This document shows, one piece after another, positions 24,241 through 38,800 of a stretch of DNA of 64,000 nt (its first letter is position 1; the number at the start of each line of letters is the position of its first letter). Both the position numbers and the translations under genes were made by a program. The DNA is taken from positions 6,758,001 to 6,822,000 of the forward strand of contig CATNEN010000025.1 in assembly GCA_950097015.1 (NCBI GenBank), in the 5' to 3' direction. This DNA comes from Macrostomum hystrix. Its lineage: Eukaryota; Animalia; Platyhelminthes. Below the pieces are notes generated by a model, which was not told the DNA's origin, searched no databases, and saw only the letters and a program-made list of their open reading frames with translations.

Positions 24241-26746
24241 AAGAACGAGGCTTAACGAAGTATATATACTGCACTGCAGCACGCTCGTTTTGGAGATAAT
24301 ATGCATTCCGAAGGTTTATCAGTAAGTGAGAGGACAGTGGCCGAACTGTGCCGCAACCCCCTGAGCCTCGGATACATCTGCGACAATTCGTTTGCTTCTC
24401 TTGAGTTGTCGAAGTTCTTGGTGGAAAATAATCCAGATGATGATAATGATAATAATGATCAGGCTGTAAATACGGTGCGGAAAGATCAAGAAACTACCAA
24501 TCAACTGAAGGCGAAGAATTGCAGCAACATAATCGCAACCAAGCACATAGAAGCGGTGTCGAGTGTGCTGACGAAGTGGCGTCACTAAAATGAGTAATTA
24601 TGCCTTGTGTAGTTGAATGAAGTCACAAGTGTGGTTTGTATGCATGGCAGGCCCCACTTCGCCGGTACTATGCGCCAGCCCATTCTGATAGAATTTCTGT
24701 TTAAATTTCTGTTCTTTTAATTACCTAAATGTATGACCAGCCTCAACTCTGACCTTAAAAAACAGCTGGCTTCCAGTTAGATGGATGCCCTGGTTGCGCA
24801 GAGTGATTTTAAATCTGGCAATAGACGACAGAAGGCTTTTAAATATGGGGGCTTTTATAATAATAGTCGATGACTGATGGTGGGACATTCGTTGCGAAAG
24901 CAGCTACACCAATAATATTAATCCTTCGTTAAATAATCCCAGACTCACAAAAATTCACATATTTGCATCACATTATCATTAGATTAGCTATCAGCAAATT
25001 TCATTCAAGGACGACTAAACGAAGAGTTCCTCTATTGGGACCTCCTTGATTTCATAATATCATACATTGTATGGTGCACTGTGTTCAATGACGGTTTTAG
25101 TTAATTAAAATAATTAAAAGACGGCTTTTGGATTTAAAACTGAAAAGTTTTTTAATTAATAGCATGTTTTAAAACTTGTCAATTTGTTTTAATAGGTTTC
25201 AGTTTCATGCCTTTAATTCAAACGAGATAACGAGGATCCGACTATTTTAAAATCGACATCTGCTGAGAAAAATCTAATACACGTACCTAGTTTCAAGGCA
25301 TGCCATTAAGGATGGCTAATTAAAAGGATTTTATTTCAAACGAAGAAAGAATACGTAGCACAGCAAGACCAAAAATATCGCTGGCTTCACACAACTTTCA
25401 AGTTTCTTGAAAAACTTTCGGCAAATTTTTGTCAGTAATATACAATGCCAATATCATTAAAAAATTTTTTTGCAGCTATTTGTGGTATGACTGGGACAGC
25501 AAGAATACAATTCTAAAAAAATTGACCTCTACAGGTCGTTTTATGTGTATATTTATTGTGTGGATAGACATGTGAGACAGAGAGCAGAGGGAGGTAGATT
25601 AGATTTAAATGGACAGATATAGGACATTAGGTAGATAAATGGATATACTTATAAAAAAGTAAATTTTTGTTTTTTTATAATAATTTTTTTGTATTACATT
25701 ACTTATGTTATTGTAAAGAAATATTTCATACTTACCTATTTTGCTTATTATTAGTTATCAGCTAGCTTTATCTATGTTTATCAAATTTAAGGGTTATGGT
25801 CTCTTTGTCTGTTGCCATCTCCTCTGATAACAGACAGACAAGTTGACTTGTCTTCATGATTTAATATTTTTATGTAGTTCATTATTTAAAAGGAATGCAT
25901 TTTCTCTTTTATGCAAATAAAAAATTAATGCATGATTTACCAGTACCATACAAAAATATAGTTCTTTTCAAATACAACTTGCATATTTTTTTGCTGCAAT
26001 AAAAGGCATACCAGAAAAAATTTCTGAAAAAATCCAAGAAAAAAAATCTTTCTTAAATATCTAAATCCTAAACATGGAACCCAACAGTTAGGTAGCTATG
26101 TAACATACATGCCCAACACCCGTCCAACCTATCCAAACTGGATGGGTGAAATGGTTGCCTGCCAAGGTAAGTCGCAAAAAAATGCAAAAAAAACAAAAAT
26201 TGGAGGAAGAAAGAAAGAAGAAGAAGCAACAGAGAAAAGAAGGGAGGGAGAAAAGAGAGAAAGAGCAGATGGGAGAAGAAAAGAGAAAAGGGCAAGAAAA
26301 GTCATATACAGATTGAAAGTTAGGTTTCAATTGGGAGGAACTAAGTCATAGCACTAGATGGATGAAATTTTGAAGTTGGGCATGTATGCTATGTAATATT
26401 GACTAAATATGTAAATACTTTGTGTCTTAGACAGTATGTATAGTTTATTAGTTCCAAACTTTGTTTTTAATTTAAGTTGTAATATATATATTCAACTTTT
26501 ATCTATTTGTCTGACTTGTGCATTTTGAGTATTATAGCTATGTTATAAGTCTACACAGTAGTTATAAAGACACTGTATGCCATATTTGAAAAACATTAGA
26601 TCAAAGGTGATGCATGCATAGCCTAATAAATATTGTATCTAACAAGTAAACAGAAAAACTCCAATAAAGTAAAATGCAATTGTTCACCCATTTTTAAATC
26701 AAAACACTTTTTCTTTTCAGCTGCTCAAATGTAGATAGACAGACCA

Positions 26747-26816
26747 ATGTTCCTCAAGGTGATAACTTTCTTCCTTGTATTGCTCTTTTGCAATGCAGGC
26801 ATTGGAGAATGCAGAA
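26747..26816 (+). CDS. INSR: Insulin receptor exon: signal peptide (MFLKVITFFLVLLFCNAGIGECR)
   Basis: Hydrophobic N-terminus; A|GTGAGT donor, phase 1. Confidence 0.8.
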
Positions 26817-29800
26817 GTGAGTTTGTAGTCATGTATTTTTGGGCCAGTAATTATTTTCAATCTATAATAAGTGCTGTAATCATTGTTGTAGTCGAAAAAA
26901 AATTATTTTTACCTGCAGTTTGCTCGTCCATAATTCTGACCATGTCGGCAACTGGCAAAGCCAATTCATTCTCTGACTGCACAGCTGTGGACGGCAATGT
27001 TGTGCTGAGCATGATGGATATGAACGGCGAGTTGAGCTTCTCTAATCTGCGCGAGATTTCCGGATTTTTGGTACTTTACAGGCTTCGAAATCTCACCACT
27101 TTGGCCGATCTGTTCCCGCAGCTGACAGTGATTCGGGGCCTGTCTACGCACGATAGCTACTCGCTAGTGCTGTTCGACCTTCCAGATCTGCAGGTAGCTA
27201 CTCCCAGTATTTGGAACCCCCGAATAATTTTCTCATGCATTTTCTGTAGCTTTGAAAAACTTCATGCTTTGTCATTAGCAATCTATTTTCTTGGCCTGCC
27301 ATTTCATATTTGTCGATTATCCATGACTTCCCATTACCCCGCTCTGTCTGGATCAATCATTTCTCCACTCTGTCTGGATCAATCTGTTCCCAGCTCTGTC
27401 TGGATCAACCATTGCCCAGCTCTGTCTGGATCAATCATTGCCCAGCTCTGTCTGGATCAATCATTGCCCTGCTCTGTCTGGATCAATCATTGCCCTGCTC
27501 TCTCTGGATCAATCATTGCCCTGCTCTGTCTGGATCAATCATTGCCCTGCTCTGTCTGGATCAATCATTGCCCTGCTCTCTCTGGATCAATCATTGCCCT
27601 GCTCTGTCTGGATCAATCATTGCCCAGCTCTGTCTGGATCAATCATTTCCCAGCTCTGTCTGGATCAATCATTGCCCAGCTCTGTCTGGATCAATCATTT
27701 CCCAGCTCTGTCTGGATCAATCATTTCCCAGCTCTGTCTGGATCAATCATTGCCCTGCTCTGTCTGGATCAATCATTGCCCTGCTCTCTCTGGATCAATC
27801 ATTGCCCTGCTCTGTCTGGATCAATCATTGCCCTGCTCTGTCTGGATCAATCATTGCCCTGCTCTGTCTGGATCAATCATTGCCCTGCTCTGTCTGGATC
27901 AATCATTGCCCAGCTCTGTCTGGATCAATCATTTTCCAGCTCTGTCTGGATCAATCATTTCCCAGCTCTGTCTGGATCAATCATTGCCCTGCTCTGTCTG
28001 GATCAATCATTTCTCCACTCTGTCTGGATCAATCTTTTCCCAGCTCTGTCTGGATCAATCATTGCCCAGCTCTGTCTGGATCAATCATTGCCCAGCTCTG
28101 TCTGGATCAATCATTGCCCTGCTCTGTCTGGATCAATCATTGCCCTGCTCTGTCTGGATCAATCATTGCCCTGCCCTGTCTGGATCAATCATTGCCCTGC
28201 TCTGTCTGGATCAATCATTGCCCTGCTCTGTCTGGATCAATCATTGCCCTGCTCTGTCTGGATCAATCATTTCCCAGCTCTGTCTGGATCAATCATTTCC
28301 CAGCTCTGTCTGGATCAATCATTTCCCAGCTCTGTCTGGATCAATCATTTCCCAGCTCTGTCTGGATCAATCATTTCCCAGCTCTGTCTGGATCAATCAT
28401 TTCCCAGCTCTGTCTGGATCAATCATTTCTCCGCTCTGTCTGGATCAATCATTTCCCAGCTCTGTCTGGATCAATCATTGCCCTGCTCTGTCTGGATCAA
28501 TCATTGCCCTGCTCTGTCTGGATCAATCATTGCCCTGCTCTGTCTGGATCAATCATTGCCCTGCTCTGTCTGGATCAATCATTTCCCAGCTCTGTCTGGA
28601 TCAATCATTTCCCAGCTCTGTCTGGATCAATCATTGCCCTGCTCTGTCTGGATCAATCATTTCCCAGCTCTGTCTGGATCAATCATTTCCCAGCTCTGTC
28701 TGGATCAATCATTTCCCAGCTCTGTCTGGATCAATCATTTCCCAGCTCTGTCTGGATCAATCATTGCCCTGCTCTGTCTGGATCAATCATTGCCCTGCTC
28801 TGTCTGGATCAATCATTGCCCTGCTCTGTCTGGATCAATCATTGCCCTGCTCTGTCTGGATCAATCATTTCCCAGCCCTGTCTGGATCAATCATTTCCCA
28901 GCTCTGTCTGGATCAATCATTTCCCAGCTCTGTCTGGATCAATCATTTCCCAGCTCTGTCTGGATCAATCATTTCCCAGCTCTGTCTGGATCAATCATTT
29001 CCCAGCTCTGTCTGGATCAATCATTTCTCCGCTCTGTCTGGATCAATCATTTCCCAGCTCTGTCTGGATCAATCATTGCCCTGCTCTGTCTGGATCAATC
29101 ATTGCCCTGCTCTGTCTGGATCAATCATTGCCCTGCTCTGTCTGGATCAATCATTTCCCAGCTCTGTCTGGATCAATCATTTCCCAGCTCTGTCTGGATC
29201 AATCATTTCCCAGCTCTGTCTGGATCAATCATTTCCCAGCTCTGTCTGGATCAATCATTTCCCAGCTCTGTCTGGATCAATCATTTCCCAGCTCTGTCTG
29301 GATCAATCATTTCCCAGCTCTGTCTGGATCAATCATTTCCCAGCTCTGTCTGGATCAATCATTTCCCAGCTCTGTCTGGATCAATCATTTCCCAGCTCTG
29401 TCTGGATCAATCATTGCCCTGCTCTGTCTGGATCAATCATTGCCCTGCTCTATCTGGATCAATCATTGCCCTGCTCTGTCTGGATCAATCATTTCCCAGC
29501 TCTGTCTGGATCAATCATTTCCCAGCTCTGTCTGGATCAATCATTTCCCAGCTCTGTCTGGATCAATCATTTCCCAGCTCTGTCTGGATCAATCATTTCC
29601 CAGCTCTGTCTGGATCAATCATTGCCCTGCTCTGTCTGGATCAATCATTGCCCTAGCTGCTCTGTCTGGATCAATCATTGCCCTGCTCTGTCTGGATCAA
29701 TCATTGCCCTGCTCTGTCTGGATCAATCATTGCCCTGCTCTGTCTGGATCAATCATTGCCCTGCTCTGTCTGGATCAATCATTTCCCAGCTCTGTCTGGA

Positions 29801-32800
29801 TCAATCATTTCTCCGCTCTGTCTGGATCAATCATTTCCCAGCTCTGTCTGGATCAATCATTTCCCAGCTCTGTCTGGATCAATCATTTCCCCGCTCTGTC
29901 TGGATCAATCATTTCCCAGCTCTGTCTGGATCAATCATTGCCCTGCTCTGTCTGGATCAATCATTGCCCTGCTCTGTCTGGATCAATCATTTCCCAGCTC
30001 TGTCTGGATCAATCATTTCCCAGCTCTGTCTGGATCAATCATTTCCCAGCTCTGTCTGGATCAATCATTTCCCAGCTCTGTCTGGATCAATCATTTCCCA
30101 GCTCTGTCTGGATCAATCATTTCCCAGCTCTGTCTGGATCAATCATTTCCCAGCTCTGTCTGGATCAATCATTGCCCTGCTCTGTCTGGATCAATCATTG
30201 CCCCGCTCTGTCTGGATCAATCATTTCCCAGCTCTGTCTGGATCAATCATTGCCCTGCTCTGTCTGGATCAATCATTGCCCTGCTCTGTCTGGATCAATC
30301 ATTGCCCTGCTCTGTCTGGATCAATCATTGCCCTGCTCTGTCTGGATCAATCATTGCCCTGCTCTGTCTGGATCAATCATTGCCCTGCTCTGTCTGGATC
30401 AATCATTTCCCAGCTCTGTCTGGATCAATCATTGCCCTGCTCTGTCTGGATCAATCATTGCCCTGCTCTGTCTGGATCAATCATTGCCCTGCTCTGTCTG
30501 GATCAATCATTGCCCTGCTCTGTCTGGATCAATCATTTCCCAGCTCTGTCTGGATCAATCATTTCCCAGCTCTGTCTGGATCAATCATTGCCCTGCTCTG
30601 TCTGGATCAATCATTGCCCTGCTCTGTCTGGATCACTTAAACAGTCATTGATCTAAAAGCTAACTATTCCTATTAATAATACCCACCCGTTTGCTTCCGC
30701 ACCGCAGGACATGGCCCTACCAAAGCTTCGTCGCATCGATCGTGGCGGAATCAGAGTTGAAAGCGCGCCGAAACTCTGCTATCACGCCTCTGTTAATTTC
30801 TCAGCTATACTTAGTCCGCATTACAAAGCCACTTTTCACAATGTTCCCGATAAAACACTATGCAACGATGTTTGTCCTGGCGAGCTGAGGTGGCATGAAC
30901 GACCCGACCGGTCCAAATATGTCTACAAGTGAGCCGGGTTATATCGTAGGACGCTAACAATTTAGATGGTAGATTAATAATCCTGCGCAGACTGAATTTC
31001 TTAAAATCAAAAGGCGAGAAATATAGTTTCATTAATAGTTGAAATAGTTAAGAGAGTACAATCGCAATCTAGGATAAAAAAATCGCATTTATAGCCGGCT
31101 AATGTATTGTGTGTGTATGTGTGTGTACAAAAGTCCTGACACTAGCTTTGCAAGGCCTTACTAAATGTCAAAGCAATTTCCTTTCGTCTGTTGGCTAGCT
31201 ATATTGTGTATTATAAGGCCAATATATTGCTAGTATCGTAAAGCTTTCCTATTCCGTTGTGTCCTAACAGCAGACTGCTGCTAGCTAGGCCTAACGGAAT
31301 TGAATCATTCCATCTACTAGTTTGGTCCGCTCTAGCTATGCCTAATGGCCTAGTGCGACATTCTGAAAACTGGGCTAATCACCAGCAGCTAGTCTGTGCG
31401 GCTGTCTCCACTAGGTCTCCATAGAGGGAAGGCTGTCCCAGTTATAAATCATCTAATCCTCCACACCAGCGGTCGAAGCTTGGATTGTTGTTTGGACGGA
31501 AAAGGATCTGTCCCTTTCTCTTTCCCTTCTCTCTCTCTCTCTCTCTCGCTCTAGAAATTTTTTTGTCTGCAATTGGCAATTTCCTTAGTGCTACGGTTTT
31601 CTACCGCGTCTCATTTTGCTTATATTTGCGTAAATCAGATTTAGTGTAGAAAAAAACAAAACACGACTGAGTTTGTTTTTTTCTTTTGTCTCTCTGCGAC
31701 TAATAAATTATTTAAAAAATATCTTACTCGAAATTTTATACGTCACGCGTGTTAAAAAAACGTGTAATTATTGAGGTAAATTTGTTTTTGAAAAGACAGC
31801 AAAATAACTAGGTTGGTAAGAACTAGGACTGAAAGCTGTCTAAAGCAATACCTGTCAGCAATTTAAGTAATTGCTAGGCCCTACGATGCAGTTTTCTCCT
31901 GATACTAGTAGTCTTGCATCTTGTTCTATTTCCGGTAGAATAATAATTAGTTTGGAAAGATAGTATGCTTCTTAACTGTTTTGGCAGATTCTGTTGTCTG
32001 CTTTAGTTTGGACTTATAGTTCGACTAATCGACTGCCTTCCGTTTGTGTATCTAGGCAATCATTTAACCATGTTTAGCCCACTGTTGTGCTGGGCATGGG
32101 CTCTGTAATTGATGATTCTGTTGTCATGTCACGCACTTACAGTCTAAATTTACTTGCACTAAAATAATATTCTCCTATGTGGTTAGACAGCTATGTGGTC
32201 AGAGCTCCGGACTCACGACTGAAGGTCGAAGGTTCGATTACCGACATAGGCGTAGGAACGGGGGGACAGTGGGGCCATGGCTCCCCCACATTTAAAATGC
32301 AAAATGTTGACTTTTTGCTTATTTTTTACTATTTTTTACTTCAAGGGCAATATTGAAATAATAACAATTGTCATTTTTTGGGATTTTTTTCGGGGAAATG
32401 GATCCTCCCCTTGGCCTTGGCCCCCCCCACTTTTTTAATCATTCCTACGCCTATGATTACCGACTCCACTGGAAAAAATTGTGTCCTTTAGCAAGACACT
32501 TAACTCTGCATTGCTTCAGTTCACCCAGCTGTTAAGTGGGTACCAGCATTAGCTGGGATAATTGAGGGTGGGTGTGGCGTCCCCCCAGTCCATGGACTGA
32601 ACAGCCGTACGCAGCCTTCAGATGCGCCGCGCAATAGCTGCGGCTGTGCTGACGTCTGCTTACCTGGCCCTAAAAGGGCATGTGTGATCAATTATTAATT
32701 AATACGAGTATTTTTAATGGTATGCTACTCACGAAATTACTAACAAAATAATTTGTTGACTAGAATATTTTCAAAAGCGGGATTTGACGGACTAAAAGCA

Positions 32801-35800
32801 TGAAAACGATAGTGCGCCGTATTTAGATGCATGAAATAAATAAGTGTTTCACCTCGGTGATTGATAAATAGAAAACTACGAGTATATCCTTTATTATTCA
32901 TCGGCTAGATTAACCAGTCTGACGAATAAATACAATCTATAATCACCAGACGCTCTAAGCTAAGAGAACACAATTGAAAAGGAGAGAAATTATAACGAAA
33001 CCATTTCTATCAGTAATGTTTCTTCCCTGGAGAATGAGTTTGCGTTTTCTACTCCATTACTGCTCACTATATAAGGCTTCAGAAAATACAGTTATTGAGA
33101 TTCAACTTATTTTCTTTTTCTGTTGGCCCGATAGAGGGTCGCGGAAAGAGCCAACGTCAATATTTTTCCTCTACCGAAATTTCACAACTGCTATTTCATT
33201 CTAGCCTAACGGGTTAATAGTTATTTAAAATAATTTCTAAAATCGCTATTAACTATATTTTGATATTGCGAGATATATTTAAAACAATAAAATAGTTTTA
33301 TGGTGTAAAACAGACAGATTGGTTTAATGCGGGCTAAATGAATTCAAAGTACTCATATAAATCAATAAAGTATTAGATATATGGCTAAAATTCCTGTGGT
33401 AAATATGCCAAATTATATTTACGTTCACTTTGTCAGCTGTTGTCTTTAATAGGTCTCTATTTAATAATTATTATTAATAATTAATAATTGATTACACCTG
33501 TCTGATTGGGCCAGATGTGCAGCCGACATCACAGCCGCAGCTATTGCGCGGCGCATCTGAAGGCTGCGTACGGCTGTTCATTCCACGGTTTGGGGAGGGG
33601 GCGCCACACCCACCTTCAATTATCCCAGCTTATGCTAGTACCAATTTAACAGCTGGGTGAACTGAAGCAATGCAGAGCTAAGTGTCTTGCTAAAGGTCAC
33701 AAATTGTTCCAGTGGAGTCGGTAATCGAACCCCCGACCTTCAAGTCGTGAGTCCGACGCTCTAACCACAAGGCTACAACCCCTCTTTTATGCTACATATA
33801 TGTTTTATGCTACACATATAGTACATTATCGTGTTAGAAGGCATTTATAGTATTCTTATGCATTACTTAGTCAAACGCATGCTACTATGCTAATTTTTTC
33901 TTTCGATCTTGCGTTAGTCGCTTACCGGCCTTCAATTCGAACTAGTTGAGGGGTAGTTTCACTGGCTAGTCATATTTGGTCATGAACGCATTTTTACTGT
34001 ATCGTCGTACGTTACAAAATTTAGACCCAAGAATGCTTATCGACGTGCTAGTCTGTGGTTGAGCCTCTCCTCTGTCCCTTCATCAGTCTGTGGCTGAGCC
34101 TCTCCGCTGTCCCTTCATCAGTCTGTGGCTGAGCCTCTCCGCTGTCCCTTCATCAGTCTGTGGCTGAGCCTCTCCTCTGTCCCATCATCAGTCTGTGGCT
34201 GAGCCTCTCCTCTGTCCCATCATCAGTCTGTGGCTGAGCCTCTCCTCTGTCCCATCATCAGTCTGTGGCTGAGCCTCTCCTCTGTCCCTTCATCAGTCTG
34301 TGGCTGAGCCTCTCCTCTGTCCCATCATCAGTCTGTGGCTGAGCCTCTCCTCTGTCCCTTCATCAGTCTATGGCTGAGCCTCTCCTCTGTCCCATCATCA
34401 GTCTGTGGCTGAGCCTCTCCTCTGTCCCTTCATCAGTCTGTGGCTGAGCCTCTCCGCTGTCCCTTCATCAGTCTGTGGCTGAGCCTCTCCTCTGTCCCAT
34501 CATCAGTCTGTGGCTGAGCCTCTCCTCTGTCCCTTCATCAGTCTGTGGCTGAGCCTCTCCTCTGTCCCTTCATCAGTCTGTGGCTGAGCCTCTCCTCTGT
34601 CCCTTCATCAGTCTATGGCTGAGCCTCTCCTCTGTCCCTTCATCAGTCTGTGGCTGAGCCTCTCCTCTGTCCCTTCATCAGTCTATGGCTGAGCCTCTCC
34701 TCTGTCCCTTCATCAGTCTGTGGCTGAGCCTCTCCTCTGTCCCATCATCAGTCTGTGGCTGAGCCTCTCCTCTGTCCCTTCATCAGTCTGTGGCTGTGGT
34801 TGAGCCCTATATATTGTAGTTAAGAACAGACATTGACTGCAGCAGCTTAACAACCATGAGAAACTAGCTGGCTATCCCGAATCCCGCATTGCAGTTCGCT
34901 GTGCCCCTATCCGGACAAATGCTGGAGCCGGTCAATCTGCCAGAGCCGCTGCAATCCAGTCTGCGGAATCTCCGGCTGCCTCATCGGGCCGGAGGCTGAA
35001 AAACTGTCCACTGCGGGCGTCAATCCCAGCAACACCTGCTGCCCACCTGCCTGCCTGTCCGGCTGCTTTAACTTAACCGTCAGACACTGCGCCGCTTGTC
35101 GTGGCTTTCGACTTAACGGCGCCTGCGTTGACCGCTGTCCGCCAAAATACGTGTCCTACAAGGAATGGCAGTGCATCACCGAGCGAGAATGCGTCAGCAG
35201 ATCCACTGGCGCCAAATCGTCGTCCAATAGTCTGAGCGTCACCGAGCGAACCAAGATGAAGCTGTTTAACGGCACCTGCGTGCAGGCCTGCCCGCTTGGC
35301 TATGCTGTTAGCAATGGCCAGACCTGCGTCAAGTGCGCCGACGCCCGCAACTGCGCCAGATACTGCGATTCCCAGCTGGTGCACTCCATTGACGATCTGG
35401 AGACCGTCAAAGGCTGCACTGTTATGCCCAAACTCATCATATCGCTGTCGGATAATATACGTGAGTGTTGGCCACTTTGACCGCGTCATTAAACCCGAAT
35501 ATATTGTAGGTAATAGTTTCTAAGGGATTTCTTAGGGATTAAAACTCATTTGGGTAGGGGATTTCTTAGGGATTAAAACTCATTTTGGTAGGGGATTTCT
35601 TAGGGATTAAAACTCATTTGGGTAGGGGATTTCTTAGGGATTAAAACTCACTTGGGTAGGGGATTTCTTAGGGATTAAAACTCATTTGGGTAGGGGATTT
35701 CTTAGGGATTAAAACTCATTTTGGTAGGGGATTTCTTAGGGATTAAAACTCATTTGGGTAGGGGATTTCTTAGGGATTAAAACTCATTTGGGTAGGGGAT

Positions 35801-38800
35801 TTCTTAGGGATTAAAACTCATTTGGGTAGGGGATTTCTTAGGGATCAAAACTCATTTGGGTAGGGGATTTCTTAGGGATCAAAATTCATTTGGGTAGGGG
35901 ATTTCTTAGGGGTCAAAATTCATTTGGGTAGGGGATTTCTTAGGGATCAAAATTCATTTGGGTAGGGGATTTCTTAGGGATCAAAACTCATCTGGGGTAG
36001 GCTATTTCTTCCGGGGATTGAAACACATCTGGAGTTAAATATTTCTAAGGGGATCGAAACTCAAAACAATGGGACCCATCGTTGTTCCTCAGGGATATTG
36101 GTCTGAGAGGCAAACGCGGTACCTGTTCACCACTTGCCCCTATAATTTCTTGTGGGATAAAAAATCACACACAACATGACTAAATGAGGATTTTCTAATC
36201 AAGCTTCTCTGGGGTCTAAGGATCAGAGCTGCTCTATGTAATGATTTGTCATGCAAATTGGATTGACAATTTGTGATGGAAATGAGTGAAAAGCAATTTT
36301 TTGGATCCTAATTAAAAAGAGGATGAAATATTACCTACGTGAATCAGGTGCCTCATTTTCATCAAGATTTGCCCCCAAGCTTCGTTGCCACTTCGGTGTA
36401 GAAAAAATATAACGCAAGCATTTTCTGCTTGAATTACTTAACTTCACGTTTGTGTTATCATCTTTCCGAGCTAGTCCTAATTGGATTTGAAATTTATGTT
36501 CTCAATCTTCCCCTGAGTTGATCGGCGTCGATCAACCGACAATAAATGCTACCCGCTAGCAGTCATTAGTGGCGGCTTGTTGCTCCGCAAGCAGTCAACA
36601 TTTTTCTGGGCAGGGATTTTAGCTCACGTGCTGCGCCGTCTAGAATTTCCTAATGCTGTGTTTTTTTAACCGCATTTTTTTCTAATAGTACTTTTGATGA
36701 AATAAAGCCGAAAGATTTCATAGTTAGTTATTTTGGGTAAGCCATTTGAAATCAATCATTTATTTGATATATACATTTTTTTGTTAAACCTGCCCTGATT
36801 AGCCCATATGTACAGCACAGCCGCAGCTATTGCGCGGCGCAACTGAAGGCTGCGTACGACTGTTCAGTCCATGGACTGGGGGGACACCACACCCACCCTC
36901 AATTACCCCAGCCAATGCTGGTACCCATTTAACAGCTGGGTGAACTGAAGCAATGCAGAGCTAAGTGTCTTGCTAAAGGACACAAACTGTTCCAGCGGAG
37001 TCTGGAATCGAACCCACAACCTTCAAGACATGAGTCCGCTGCTCTAACGACTAAACCCCAATGTTATATACATACGAGATTTCATGTATTTAACGATTTA
37101 TGTCACGTATTAGGATTAGGCATTCGTTTATTTATAGCTACACTCAATATCAGACATTCTAGTACAGAAAAGGAAAGCCAATTATTTTAATGGATCTTTC
37201 TGGTTTAATCTAAAGTAAAAGCGTACCCTACCCTAAAGACTGTCTGTCTGGCAGTCGCATTTTTTATTATAAATTATAATCTCTATATCCTAAAACGAAG
37301 CACCGTGTCTCTAACAGTCTTTTGCATTATGTTTTTACTATTTTTTGCCGAATATTTACTCAATCGGCTTGTGCGTGTCTTATGTAAGACCTGAAAAAAT
37401 AAAAAACTAAAGAATATGACACGTTCTATAAATATATCGTTAGTGGGTTTCAGAAGCAATAAATGATTTTCATTGCTAGAGGTAAATCTAACATACTGAA
37501 GGTTTGGTATCGCGTGGCACACTCAATGACTGGGATGAGACACTATATGACTAGGATGGCACACTCAATGACTAGGATGGCACACTCAATGACTAGGATG
37601 GCACACTCAATGACTAGGATGGCACACTCAATGACTAGGATGGCACACTCAATGACTGGGATGGCACATCCTGACTAGGATGAGGATAACATTTTAAGGG
37701 AGTTATTTGACTGACAAAATTCGCGCTGCTCGCTTTGATAAAAGGGCATTACCTTGTATAGACTGCACTCTGTTCAGGCCCTAGCCTGTACGGCGACCAT
37801 GAATCAATAACGCAATTTATTCATACTGTTTTTTTGCGTAGTGGTCGCGTAGGTGGGTCTTATAAATGTATCCAACCCTAACATCTGGAGTGTATAGAGG
37901 GGCTGCAACTGGAGCTAGGAAATTCACCCGCGGATGAACTTCTAGGGATAGGAAATAGGAAATGGAGAGTTAGTTGGACTTCTCATTTCCTGTGCGGCTC
38001 TACAGGGAGTCATCTATTCATAATGAAAATGACTATAAGGAAATGGAAATTTAATGAAATGGGCCTTAGCTCTCGTTGATTGAAATGCTCATTCGATTCA
38101 CTAATTTTTTTCTATCAAAGACTTGCAGCGGAGGGAGGGCTTGGGGTTCTTCTGGTGCAATTTATACCCTTGAGGGCTGACCTCACTCCGTAGCACAGTG
38201 AGAGTGTACACTGTCAGACGATGCAAAAAACAGGGTAGATGTACACCCCTGTGTGAGTGATTTGCCTGCGTACTGTAAGTTCCTATCTGTGTGCGTGTGT
38301 GTTTTGGAATCAGTGGATAGAGCAGCACATTGCCTCCTCGCCCGCTGCATGTCTAACATCACCAAATTATTCGCCAGTACTCAAAGCTCACTTATAATTA
38401 TTGTTATTATTAGTATTATTCTTCGCTAGAACACTGCCACTCAAAAACACCGACTCAATTTTCTCAGGAGGGTGAGTGGCGGTTAAGAGCGGTTAACGCG
38501 TTTACCTCTCGCACCAAGGTCCCTGAGCTCGATTCCGCGACATTTGGGGCGCTGCCGCATAGAGAAGGCTTGGGGGCTTGTCGTGAAATTGACGCCATTG
38601 AGGGTCTACCTTCCAAGGCAAAGTGAAAGTTGACACTGCCTGACGATGAGAAAGTCAGGGCATGGTAGAGCGTGTGCCTGCGTACAGTATCTGTGTGTGT
38701 GTGCTCAGGAGTCAGCGGAATGGGCAGAATTGCCTCCTAGCTGGCTGCGGGTCTAGTGTCACCAAATAATTGCAACCGTCCTGAAATTATTATTATTAAC

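Noticed and set aside
26747-30656. ~1000-aa ORFs in all three + frames
   Set aside because: The 26-bp unit has no stop in any + frame. Only 26747-26816 and 26919-27193 are real exons, bounded by GT-AG.
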